A stretch of 43,332 nt of DNA from an uncultured bacterium (GTDB lineage Bacteria > Gemmatimonadota > Gemmatimonadetes > Gemmatimonadales > Gemmatimonadaceae), in contig CAXBQP010000024.1 in assembly GCA_963978095.1 (NCBI GenBank), forward strand, positions 1-43,332, in the 5' to 3' direction. Each line of letters begins with the position of its first letter. Positions within the stretch are counted from its first letter, which is position 1. The notes under the pieces are model-generated. The model did no database searches and was not told where the DNA came from. It was given only the letters and a program-made list of their open reading frames with translations. The translations under genes and the position numbers were made by a program. Below, in pieces: positions 29,969 through 40,448 of the stretch.

Positions 29969-30627
29969 TGGGACGCGTCGGGAAGTTCTGGGCGTCGTCG
30001 GTCGGCAAGAAGGTCGCGATGGGAGCGTCGGGGATCATCCTCGTCGGCTTCCTGATCGTCCACATGGCCGGTAACCTGCAGCTCTTCCTCGGGGCCGAGC
30101 GGTTCAACGCCTACAGCAAGCTCCTCAAGCACGATGTCATCGAGCTCACGTGGATCGTGCGTCTGACGCTGCTGGCGTCGGTGATCCTCCACGCCGTTTC
30201 CGCGTATCAGCTCACGATGCGCAACCGGGCCGCGCGCCCGGAGGCGTACGCCAAGCGCGTGCCGCAGGTCTCCACCTACGCCTCGCAGACGATGCGGTAC
30301 GGCGGCGTGTATCTCTTGCTGTTCATCGTGTACCACATCGGACATTTCACCACCGGCACCTTTCATCCCGCGTTCAGCGAAGCAGGGGCGTTCGGCAATG
30401 TGATGATCGGCTTCAGCACGTGGCCGATCGCCCTGTTCTACCTGGGCGCGATGGGGTTCCTGTCGTTGCATCTCTATCACGGCATCTGGGCGGCGTTCCG
30501 CACGCTCGGGCTCGCGCGGCCGTCAGGTGATCCGCTCAAGCGGCAGATCGCCCTCGTGCTGGCGGTCGTGGTGGCCGGGGGATTCTCCCTCGTGCCGCTC
30601 GCCGTGAAGCTTGGCCTCGTCCACTGA
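29968..30627 (+). CDS. sdhC: Succinate dehydrogenase/fumarate reductase cytochrome b subunit (single membrane anchor)
   Basis: [13 protein letters not shown], five hydrophobic segments with heme-ligand histidines (HMAGNL, LHAV, YHIGHF, HLYHG). Confidence 0.92.
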
Positions 30628-30643
30628 CCTGGAGCCAAAACTC

Positions 30644-32553
<1,910 letters not shown>

Positions 32554-32557
<4 letters not shown>

Positions 32558-33342
32558 GTGCCGGCGGACTGAATCTGACGCTGCACGTGTGGCGTCAGTC
32601 CGGCCCGGAGAAGGTCGGCAAGATCGTGGACTACGCGGCCAAGGGGATCTCCCCGGAGATGTCCTTCCTCGAGATGCTTGACACCGTGAACGAGGGATTG
32701 ATCACGAGCGGACAGGATCCGATCGCGTTCGACCACGACTGTCGAGAAGGGATTTGCGGCAGCTGCGGGGTGATGATCAATGGCGCTGCGCACGGGCCGA
32801 TGAAACAAACGACGGCCTGCCAGCTGCACATGCGCACCTTCAAGGACGGCGACGAGATCTGGATCGAGCCGTGGCGAGCGCAGGCCTTCCCGGTCATCAA
32901 GGATCTGGTGGTCGACCGTGGTGCGTTGGATCGGATCATTCAGGCCGGGGGCTTCATTTCCGCCCCCACGGGTACGCCGCAGGACGCCAACAGTCTCCCC
33001 ATCAGCAAGCAGGACGCCGATGAAGCCATGGATTCCGCGGCGTGCATCGGGTGTGGCGCCTGCGTGGCCGCCTGTCCCAACGCCTCGGCCTCGCTCTTCA
33101 CGGCCGCGAAGATCACGCATCTCGGACATCTGCCGCAGGGACAGCCGGAGCGGTACCGCCGAGCGCTGAAGATGGTCACGCAGATGGATCTCGAAGGCTT
33201 CGGCGGGTGCACGCTGTTCGGCGAGTGCCAGGAAGCGTGTCCAAAGGGCATTTCGATCGATACGATCGTGCAGATGAATCGCGACTTCATCGTGGCCACG
33301 GCCAACGAGCGCGAGGAGAAGGCGGAGATGGGGGCGGGGTAA
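32554..33342 (+). CDS. sdhB: Succinate dehydrogenase/fumarate reductase iron-sulfur subunit
   Basis: [10 protein letters not shown]...[25 protein letters not shown]. Confidence 0.96.
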
Positions 33343-33364
33343 CCGTCTCTGGGACAGGCGTTCG

Positions 33365-33403
33365 AGAGCCGCCCGCGATTCGATCGCGGGCGGCTCTTTC
33401 GTT
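33365..33403 (+). terminator. Intrinsic terminator after sdhB
   Basis: AGAGCCGCCCGCGAT-TCG-ATCGCGGGCGGCTCT, a perfect 15-bp stem, then TTCGTT. Confidence 0.8.
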
Positions 33404-33496
33404 CGGCGTGGAATCGATGCGTCGCGCAACGATGTGGTGTCGTGCGGCGAATTCTCCTGTGTAGCTTCTCCTCCATGACGACCACATACCTGAGTC

Positions 33497-33527
33497 TTGC
33501 CAACGTAGCGCCCGGTCGCTACATTGG
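33497..33527 (+). promoter_or_regulatory. TA-module promoter overlapped by a palindromic operator
   Basis: TTGCCA (33497-33502), 17 nt, TACATT (33520-33525). Near-perfect palindrome CCAACGTAGCGCCCGGTCGCTACATTGG (33500-33527). Confidence 0.7.
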
Positions 33528-33531
33528 TTTC

Positions 33532-33822
33532 ATGCGAAGCGTCGGCCTGAAGGTCCTCAAGAACAAGCTGAGCGAGTACGTGCGTCTCGTCGCCAATGGT
33601 GAGACGGTGCTCGTCACTGACCGCGACCGCGTGGTCGCCGAACTGGTCCCTCCGCGGCCAGGGCGTAGCCCGCTGCTCGCCGATGCCCAACTGGCCTCGG
33701 CCGTGCGTGAGGGGTGGTTGGTGCCACCAGCGTATGTCATCCACGAACCCCCGCCGCGCATGCCGGTGGCCCCTGTGGCCGTGCTCCTCGACGAACTCAC
33801 GGCTGACCGGGGGGAGCGGTGA
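33532..33822 (+). CDS. Phd/YefM family antitoxin (type II TA)
   Basis: MRSVGLKVLKNKLSEYVRLVANGETVLVTDRDRVVAELVP is a typical Phd N-terminus. GTGA overlap with the PIN gene. Confidence 0.88.
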   Translation: MRSVGLKVLKNKLSEYVRLVANGETVLVTDRDRVVAELVPPRPGRSPLLADAQLASAVREGWLVPPAYVIHEPPPRMPVAPVAVLLDELTADRGER

Positions 33823-34205
33823 TCTACCTCGACACCTCGGTGGCGCTGGCGCATCTGTTGGCCGAGGATCGGCATCCGCCCGAGTCATTGTGGAAAGAGA
33901 CGCTCGTCTCGAGTCGGTTACTGGAGTTCGAACTGTGGAACCGACTCAACGCTCGGAAGCTCGGCGCGACGCACGGCGATGCGGCGCGCGTGCTGCTATC
34001 GCAGGTCGCGATGCTCGAGATGGCGCGCCCGGTGCTCGAGCGGGCGTTGGAGCCTTTCCCGGTGGAGCTGCGCACCCTCGACGCGCTCCACTTGGCCTCG
34101 ATCGCCTTCCTGCGGGAGAACGGGCAGCATGTGGCCCTCGCCAGCTACGATGACCGGCTCACGGCGGCGGCGATCAAGCTCAAGGTCCCCATCGCGAAGC
34201 TCTGA
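33819..34205 (+). CDS. vapC: VapC-like PIN-domain toxin
   Basis: MIYLDTSV...LEFEL...LRTLDALHLAS...SYDDRL shows the PIN acidic residues. Confidence 0.9.
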   Translation: MIYLDTSVALAHLLAEDRHPPESLWKETLVSSRLLEFELWNRLNARKLGATHGDAARVLLSQVAMLEMARPVLERALEPFPVELRTLDALHLASIAFLRENGQHVALASYDDRLTAAAIKLKVPIAKL

Positions 34206-34223
34206 GCGGCAACGGCGCTGCAT

Positions 34224-34266
34224 GGACAAAGGGGCGGCGACTCATGAAGTCGCCGCCCCTTTGTCC
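34224..34266. terminator. Probable bidirectional terminator between convergent genes
   Basis: Perfect 19-bp inverted repeat GGACAAAGGGGCGGCGACT-CATGA-AGTCGCCGCCCCTTTGTCC. Confidence 0.8.
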
Positions 34267-34282
34267 TTCAAGGACACCGCGA

Positions 34283-34996
34283 TTACGGCTTCATCGCCAT
34301 CAGTCCGCTCACGATCACATCCGTGTTGTGCGCAGACCGTACCCCCCACGCGCCATCCGTGGACTTCAACCGGCCGGCCATCACCAGCGAATCCTTCGGC
34401 GCACTCCACACCTCGGCGCCATTGATCTTGCACGAGACGGTGTTGCCCTTCACGACCACAGAGATGTCTTGCGACACCGGTTGATCCTTGGCCGCGGCCT
34501 TGTTGACCGAGGGAGCCGCACCGCCGCGACGCCCGTTCATCTGGAACGCCGTCGGGCCGAAGCCGCGCACGATGAAGGTACCGTTGCCGTAGGCCGCGCA
34601 GTACAGATAGCTGGCGTTCTCCGTGCCCATATCGTTGCCGGCGATGACGATGCCGTACGGATGCGGGTGATCGTTCAGGTTCTGGAATTTCGGCTCCGTG
34701 AACTTCGCCATCACGGTATAGTCGCCCTTGGCGGCGTTCTTGTCGTTCCAATACGTCGAGGCTGGCCCCGTCGTCACCCGGAGATCCTTCCCCTCGGCCG
34801 CGAGCTTGGCGTTCTCGATCGTCAATCCCTTCTTGGCTTCCGACGCGTCGATCATTCCCTTCCAACCAGCGACCTTGACGCCGCCATCCTTGATCGAGCG
34901 CGACTGCTCGTCAGCTGCAGGCGCACCCTGCGCCGCGGCCACCATCGGGGCGGCCATCAGGGCCGCAGTGAACACCATCGTGAGCGAACGACGCAT
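34283..34996 (-). CDS. Secreted hypothetical protein, possibly concanavalin-A-like/DUF1080-like beta-sandwich
   Basis: Signal peptide MRRSLTMVFTAALMAAPMVAAA-Q. GAGGG SD upstream. GDYTVMAKF and ISVVVKGNTVSCKINGAEV...GAWGVR patterns. Confidence 0.75.
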   Translation of the reverse strand: MRRSLTMVFTAALMAAPMVAAAQGAPAADEQSRSIKDGGVKVAGWKGMIDASEAKKGLTIENAKLAAEGKDLRVTTGPASTYWNDKNAAKGDYTVMAKFTEPKFQNLNDHPHPYGIVIAGNDMGTENASYLYCAAYGNGTFIVRGFGPTAFQMNGRRGGAAPSVNKAAAKDQPVSQDISVVVKGNTVSCKINGAEVWSAPKDSLVMAGRLKSTDGAWGVRSAHNTDVIVSGLMAMKP

Positions 34997-35111
34997 GGAA
35001 TACCCTCAGTGATTAGTGGGAACGTGATGCTGGAGGAACGATACCGCGCCGGATGACACCCCGCCAGTTGCGGGCGCGGCACGAAACTGGTACCGCGGCG
35101 CGTCGCACGCG

Positions 35112-35987
35112 CTACTGCGAATGGTCTGCCGAGCGTACCCGAAGCAGCCCCTCCTGCGCCACGCTGGCGACGAGCTCACCGGTGCGGGTGAATATCGATC
35201 CGCGCACGAAGCCCCGGGCTCCGCCACTGACCGGACTGTCGGTCGCGTAGAGGAGCCACTCATCCGCGCGGAAGGGCCGGTGCATCCACAGCGAGTGGTC
35301 CAGACTGGCGATCTGTAACCGGGGCGAGCGGAAGGGAACCCCATGCGGCTGCAGCGCCGTGGTGAGGAGCCCGTAGTCGCTCGCGTAGGCAAGAACGGCC
35401 TGGTGGATCCACAGATCGGCCGGCAATTCCTCGATGACGCGGAACCACGCATAGCGCTTCGGCTCTCGGATCTCCGGTGAGAACTGGTCAATCGGGTTCA
35501 CCGGCCGGAAATCCAGCGGTCGCTCCTGGGTGAGGATCGGGCGCAACCGGTCGGGAATCCGCTCGGCCATCTCACGAATCAACTCCAGCTCCGGTTTCAG
35601 CGCCTCGGGGGCCGGGACCACCGGCATCGGATCCTGATGCGCGAATCCCGGCTCGGCAATGTGGAAGCTCGCCGAGAGATTGAAGATCGCCCGGCCGTGC
35701 TGGATGGCCGTCACGCGGCGGGTGGTGAAGCTGTTGCCGTCTCGGAGCGTGTCGACGAAATAGACGATCGGGGCCTTCAGGTCACCCGGCAGAATGAAGT
35801 ACCCATGCGCCGAGTGTGCCTCGCGCGAGCCGTCGACCGTGCGTCGGGCGGCGACCAGCGCTTGGGCAAAGACCTGACCACCGAAGACGCGACCTGTGCC
35901 CAGGTCACGATTCTGCCCACGATAAATGTTGACCTCGAGCGGTTCGAGGTCGAGCAACGGAAGCAGGATCGCGCCCGAGTCGGCCAC
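35112..35987 (-). CDS. tesB: Acyl-CoA thioesterase II
   Basis: LDLEPLEVNIYRG, RVFGGQVFAQAL, HSAHGYF, LRDGNSFTTRRV, AYASD, ASLDHSLW, SVAQEGL. Confidence 0.95.
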   Translation of the reverse strand: MADSGAILLPLLDLEPLEVNIYRGQNRDLGTGRVFGGQVFAQALVAARRTVDGSREAHSAHGYFILPGDLKAPIVYFVDTLRDGNSFTTRRVTAIQHGRAIFNLSASFHIAEPGFAHQDPMPVVPAPEALKPELELIREMAERIPDRLRPILTQERPLDFRPVNPIDQFSPEIREPKRYAWFRVIEELPADLWIHQAVLAYASDYGLLTTALQPHGVPFRSPRLQIASLDHSLWMHRPFRADEWLLYATDSPVSGGARGFVRGSIFTRTGELVASVAQEGLLRVRSADHSQ

Positions 35988-35993
35988 GCGCGC

Positions 35994-36548
35994 TTATCCG
36001 AGGATCTTCGGCAACGTCACGCCCGTCTGCCCTTGATACTTCCCGCGCTTGTCCTTGTACGAGGTGATCGGCGCCTCCCCCTCGAAGAAGAGAACCTGCG
36101 CGATTCCTTCGTTGGAATAGATCTTCGCCGGTAGCGGCGTCGTGTTGGAGATCTCGAGGGTGACATGCCCCTCCCACTCCGGCTCGAACGGCGTGACGTT
36201 CGTAATGATCCCGCAGCGCGCGTAGGTGGACTTGCCGACGGTGATGGTCACGACGTTGCGCGGGATGCGGAAGTACTCGATGCTCCGCGCCAACGCGAAC
36301 GAGTTCGGGGGGACGATGCACACATCACCCTCGAACTCGACGAACGACTTCGGATCGAAGTGTTTCGGGTCGATGATCGAGCTGAGGGCGTTGGTGAAGA
36401 TCTTGTACTCCGGCGCGACACGCATGTCGTAGCCGAAGCTGCTGACGCCGTAGCTGACGACCCCCGAGCCGACCTGACTCTGCTCGAACGGCTCGATCAT
36501 CCCGCGCTGGGCCTGCTCAATGATCCAACGGTCGTTCTTGATCGACAT
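35994..36548 (-). CDS. dcd: dCTP deaminase
   Basis: ATG at 36548 gives [57 protein letters not shown]. Confidence 0.96.
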   Translation of the reverse strand: MSIKNDRWIIEQAQRGMIEPFEQSQVGSGVVSYGVSSFGYDMRVAPEYKIFTNALSSIIDPKHFDPKSFVEFEGDVCIVPPNSFALARSIEYFRIPRNVVTITVGKSTYARCGIITNVTPFEPEWEGHVTLEISNTTPLPAKIYSNEGIAQVLFFEGEAPITSYKDKRGKYQGQTGVTLPKILG

Positions 36549-36772
36549 CTGATAATGGAAAGAGGCGGGTGAAAGGGGGCACCGGCGCCTCACAGTGGAA
36601 TGGGCGGCGCGGGGACGACTAAGATTATCGCATTCCCGATGGAGCCGTCAGGGTGGGGGGGACTCCGGAGGTGCGTCAGCGAACATTTCCCGAACCGGCG
36701 CACCGCCCAACAGCAAATCCCGCCCGGCAACCTGCCCGTTCGGATAGGGCCTACTATCCGCACGACACCACG

Positions 36773-36802
36773 TTGACACACCTTTTGCACAGCCAATACT
36801 TT
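36773..36802 (+). promoter_or_regulatory. Putative sigma70 promoter of the nuo operon
   Basis: TTGACA (36773-36778), 18 nt, TACTTT (36797-36802). Confidence 0.55.
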
Positions 36803-36821
36803 ACAGCGTCGGCTCCCGCAG

Positions 36822-36843
36822 GTTCGTGAAGTTTTTCACGAAC
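36822..36843. promoter_or_regulatory. Rex-type operator upstream of nuoA
   Basis: GTTCGTGAA-GTTT-TTCACGAAC has perfect 9-bp arms and a 4-nt spacer, resembling the Rex consensus TTGTGAA-N4-TTCACAA. Confidence 0.65.
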
Positions 36844-36855
36844 AACCATAGAGAC

Positions 36856-37260
36856 ATGGATCGCAACTACCTTCCCGTTCTGCTCCTGCTTGGCTTCGTC
36901 GTCGCCAACGCGGTGCTCATCATCGGTGGATCGCATTTCACCATGCGGTCGCGTCCGACGCCGGACAAACAACGTCCCTACGAGTCGGGGATCCCGACGC
37001 TTGGCAATGCGCGGGAGCGATTCTCCGTGAAGTTCTACATGGTCGCGATGCTCTTCATCGTGTTCGACATCGAAACCGTGTTCATGATTCCCTGGGCCGC
37101 GTATTATCGGCAGCTTTCCTGCGCCGTGACCCTCGCCAATGGTGCGTGCCCGGCGGGCCAGCTCTCGTTCTTCGGGCTTTCCGAAATGCTCGTGTTCATG
37201 GCCATCCTCGTGGCCGGATTCGTCTACGTCTGGAAGAAGGGGGCGCTCCAGTGGGATTGA
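36856..37260 (+). CDS. nuoA: NADH-quinone oxidoreductase subunit A
   Basis: [35 protein letters not shown]. Confidence 0.95.
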   Translation: MDRNYLPVLLLLGFVVANAVLIIGGSHFTMRSRPTPDKQRPYESGIPTLGNARERFSVKFYMVAMLFIVFDIETVFMIPWAAYYRQLSCAVTLANGACPAGQLSFFGLSEMLVFMAILVAGFVYVWKKGALQWD

Positions 37261-37904
37261 AGGATCTGCTCAACGCGGGTGCCAATGGCACGCACGGTGA
37301 CGCGACGTCCATGGTGTCGATGGACGCGCGACCGAATGAGCCGTGGGTCACCACCAAGCTGGATTTCCTGGTGAACTGGGGGCGCGCCAACTCGCTATGG
37401 CCGATGCCATTCGGCACCGCGTGTTGTGCCATCGAGTTCATGGCCTCGGCGGCGTCGAACTACGATCTGGCGCGCTTCGGGATGGAACGCATGGCGTTCT
37501 CGCCGCGGCAATCCGACGTATTGATCTGCGCCGGACGTGTCCCCTTCAAGCTGGCGCCGGTGCTTCGTCGCATCTGGCAGCAGATGCCCCAGCCCAAGTG
37601 GGCGATCTCGATGGGTGCCTGCGCCTCCACCGGCGGCATGTTCGACACGTATGCGGTGGTGCAGGGGATCGATACCATCATCCCGATCGACGTCTACGTT
37701 CCCGGGTGCCCGCCTCGACCTGAGGGGCTCATCTACGGCATCATGATGCTCCAGAAGAAGGTCATGAACGAGCGCCTGAATGGAACGCCGCGCAACGAGA
37801 TGGAGCCGGACCCGACCAGCAAGCTCTACATCCCCTCGTCGCGCATCGATGAGCTCTCCGAGCCGTTCGGCAACTCGGTCCATCAGACCCGGTCGGCCCC
37901 GTGA
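37251..37904 (+). CDS. nuoB: NADH-quinone oxidoreductase subunit B
   Basis: [43 protein letters not shown] at 37251 overlaps the end of nuoA. Confidence 0.95.
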   Translation: MGLKDLLNAGANGTHGDATSMVSMDARPNEPWVTTKLDFLVNWGRANSLWPMPFGTACCAIEFMASAASNYDLARFGMERMAFSPRQSDVLICAGRVPFKLAPVLRRIWQQMPQPKWAISMGACASTGGMFDTYAVVQGIDTIIPIDVYVPGCPPRPEGLIYGIMMLQKKVMNERLNGTPRNEMEPDPTSKLYIPSSRIDELSEPFGNSVHQTRSAP

Positions 37905-38605
37905 GCACACGCGCCGAGAAGTTCAGCGTCATCAGTGCGGGTCACGGCGGGGGTGACGTCCCGGCGACACCGCGGCACGTGCCCCACACGGGGGGGGCCG
38001 CCAATCCTTCCGCGGCGGCGCTGCAGGAGCGGTTTGGGGCGGCGATCACGCGCGTCGACGTGATCAATGGCGAGACCACGGTGATCGTCGACCGCGACTC
38101 GGCACACGACATCATCGCGTGGTTGCATGATGAGCCGTCGCAATCGTACGAATACCTGTCCGACGTGACGGCGGTCGAACACCGCGATGTGCAACGCCCG
38201 ATCGAGGTCGTCTGGCACCTGCGGTCGATCAAGTTCCGGCGCTTCATCCGCCTCAAGGCGCTGATCGTCAAGGGATCGCCGCTGGCCATCTGCTCCGTGT
38301 GGGACCTTTACAAGGGCGCGGATTGGCTCGAGCGCGAATGCTATGACATGTTCGGCATTCAGTTCACAGGTCATCCGGACCTGCGCCGCATCCTGCTGTG
38401 GGAGCAGTTCAAGGAAGGGCATCCGCTACGGAAAGACTTCCCCCTCCGCGGCCGGTTCAGTCGCTCGCAGCAACTCCAGAACGCCCTCTCCGCCAACCCG
38501 GAAGCGCGCTATTCGATGGAGGAGCTCTCCATCGTCGACGCGTACGAAGAGCTCCCGCTGGATATGCGCCACCGGTTGCTCGGCGGCGAGAAGACGGGGG
38601 AATAA
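37901..38605 (+). CDS. nuoC: NADH-quinone oxidoreductase subunit C
   Basis: [44 protein letters not shown]. Confidence 0.95.
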   Translation: MSTRAEKFSVISAGHGGGDVPATPRHVPHTGGAANPSAAALQERFGAAITRVDVINGETTVIVDRDSAHDIIAWLHDEPSQSYEYLSDVTAVEHRDVQRPIEVVWHLRSIKFRRFIRLKALIVKGSPLAICSVWDLYKGADWLERECYDMFGIQFTGHPDLRRILLWEQFKEGHPLRKDFPLRGRFSRSQQLQNALSANPEARYSMEELSIVDAYEELPLDMRHRLLGGEKTGE

Positions 38606-38608
38606 CTC

Positions 38609-39916
38609 ATGGCCACCAAGCGTACGATCGAAGTCGAACTCTCGACCACTGGCCTGACCAGGGACGGCAAGGCGCAGCGCGTTCCGCTCGTGACCGGCGG
38701 TGCGTCCGCCGTCGCCCTCGAAGCCCCGCCCAGCATGGAGCCGGAGCTCGAAGGGGAGCACATGCTCATCAACATCGGACCGCAGCATCCGGCGACGCAT
38801 GGCGTATTGCGCCTGGTCCTCGAGATGGAGGGCGAGACCGTCGTGCGTTGCATTCCGCACGTCGGCTACCTGCACTGCGGGTTCGAAAAGATCGGCGAGT
38901 ATCGCCAGTACAATCAGATCATCCCGTGGACCGATCGTGAAGACTATCTCAACTCGATCGGCAACAACGTCGCCTTCGCGCTTGGGGCGGAGCGGCTGTT
39001 CAACATCGAGATCACCGAGCGCTGCAAAGTGCTCCGCGTGATGGCGATGGAGCTCTCGCGCATCGCGAGCCACCTCGTGTGGATGGGCACCACGTGCATC
39101 GACATCGGCGCTTATACGCCATTCTTGTGGAGCTTCCAACACCGTGAGAAGATCTACGAGATGCTCGAGAAATGGGTGGGCGCCCGGCTGACGACCACCG
39201 CGACACGTGTCGGTGGAATGGCGGCGGACATTCCGGACGGCTGGACCGACAAGCTCCAGAGCTTCGTGCAGGACTTCCCGCGGACGCTCGACGAATGCGA
39301 GCGCATGCTCACCAAGAACGCCATTTGGGTGGGGCGAACGGTCGGGCTCGGTGTCATGACACCGGACGAAGCGCTGAACTATGGCCTCTCGGGACCGATG
39401 ATCCGCGCCAGTGGCGTGGACTACGATGTCCGCAAGGATTTCCCGTACCTGGACTACGAGACGTACGACTGGACGGTGCCGGTTGGAACCTCCGGGGACG
39501 TCTATGACCGGTTCCTGGTACGCATGGCCGAGATGCGCGAATCGGTCAAGATCCTGGCTCAGGCGCTCAAGCGCTTGCCGGACGGGCCGGTGAACGTGGA
39601 CGACCCGCGCGTGATCCTCCCGCCGAAACAGAAGGCGACGAGCGAGATGGAGTCCATGATCCATCACTTCAAGAACGTCATGGAAGGGCCGCGTCCGCCG
39701 ATCGGGGAGTCGTACGTCGCCGTCGAAAGTCCGAAGGGCGAGAAGGGCTACTACTTCGTGTCCGACGGCAGCTCCAAACCGGTGCGCTGGCGCATCCGGC
39801 CCCCGAGTTACGTGAACCTCTCCGCGATCCCCAAGATGGTCGAGGGACATCTCCTCTCCGACGTGATCGCGATCAACGCTTCGATTGACATCGTCATGGG
39901 CGAGATCGATCGATGA
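38609..39916 (+). CDS. nuoD: NADH-quinone oxidoreductase subunit D
   Basis: NIGPQHPATHGVLRL, GYLHCGFEK, ELSRIASH, ESPKGE, DIVMGEIDR. Confidence 0.96.
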   Translation: MATKRTIEVELSTTGLTRDGKAQRVPLVTGGASAVALEAPPSMEPELEGEHMLINIGPQHPATHGVLRLVLEMEGETVVRCIPHVGYLHCGFEKIGEYRQYNQIIPWTDREDYLNSIGNNVAFALGAERLFNIEITERCKVLRVMAMELSRIASHLVWMGTTCIDIGAYTPFLWSFQHREKIYEMLEKWVGARLTTTATRVGGMAADIPDGWTDKLQSFVQDFPRTLDECERMLTKNAIWVGRTVGLGVMTPDEALNYGLSGPMIRASGVDYDVRKDFPYLDYETYDWTVPVGTSGDVYDRFLVRMAEMRESVKILAQALKRLPDGPVNVDDPRVILPPKQKATSEMESMIHHFKNVMEGPRPPIGESYVAVESPKGEKGYYFVSDGSSKPVRWRIRPPSYVNLSAIPKMVEGHLLSDVIAINASIDIVMGEIDR

Positions 39917-39947
39917 GCCAATCGATTCCCACCGGGAGCATCTCCTG

Positions 39948-40448
39948 ATGTCGGGCCATACCGACGCGCCATACGAACCCGTCTTCGTCGGGAAGCGACG
40001 TGCCGAGCTCGATGAGCTCCTCACCCGTTATCCGACCAAGCAGGCCGCCCTCCTCCCCGCGCTCTGGATGGTCCAGGAGGATCGCGGCTGGCTCCCCGAA
40101 GCGGGGATGACCGAGGTCGCGGCAGTCCTCGGACTCACCGCCGCCTACGTCAAGGGTGTGGTGACGTTCTACACCATGTACAAGCAGCATCCGACCGGGA
40201 CGCATCTGATCCAGGTCTGTACCACGTCGCCCTGCCTCTGCGCCGGCGCCGACAAGGTGGTGGACGCCTTCCTCGAGCACACCGGCTGCAAGGAACTCGG
40301 GCTGACGAGCGCCGATGGCCGGTACACCGTCATCGAAGTGGAGTGCCTCGGTGCCTGCGGGTTCGCCACGCCGGTCCAGATCAACCTCGATTATGTCGAG
40401 AACGTGACCCCTGAAAAGGTCCCCACCATCCTGGCGGGGTTGAAGTAA
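39948..40448 (+). CDS. nuoE: NADH-quinone oxidoreductase subunit E
   Basis: ATG at 39948 after GGGAG. ALLPALW, VVTFYTMY, VCTTSPC...ECLGACG. Confidence 0.94.
   Translation: MSGHTDAPYEPVFVGKRRAELDELLTRYPTKQAALLPALWMVQEDRGWLPEAGMTEVAAVLGLTAAYVKGVVTFYTMYKQHPTGTHLIQVCTTSPCLCAGADKVVDAFLEHTGCKELGLTSADGRYTVIEVECLGACGFATPVQINLDYVENVTPEKVPTILAGLK

Noticed and set aside
34224..34266. 19-bp perfect inverted repeat as a MITE/IS end or CRISPR repeat
   Set aside because: Single copy, 5-nt loop, located between convergent genes with A/T runs on both arms. It fits a bidirectional terminator.
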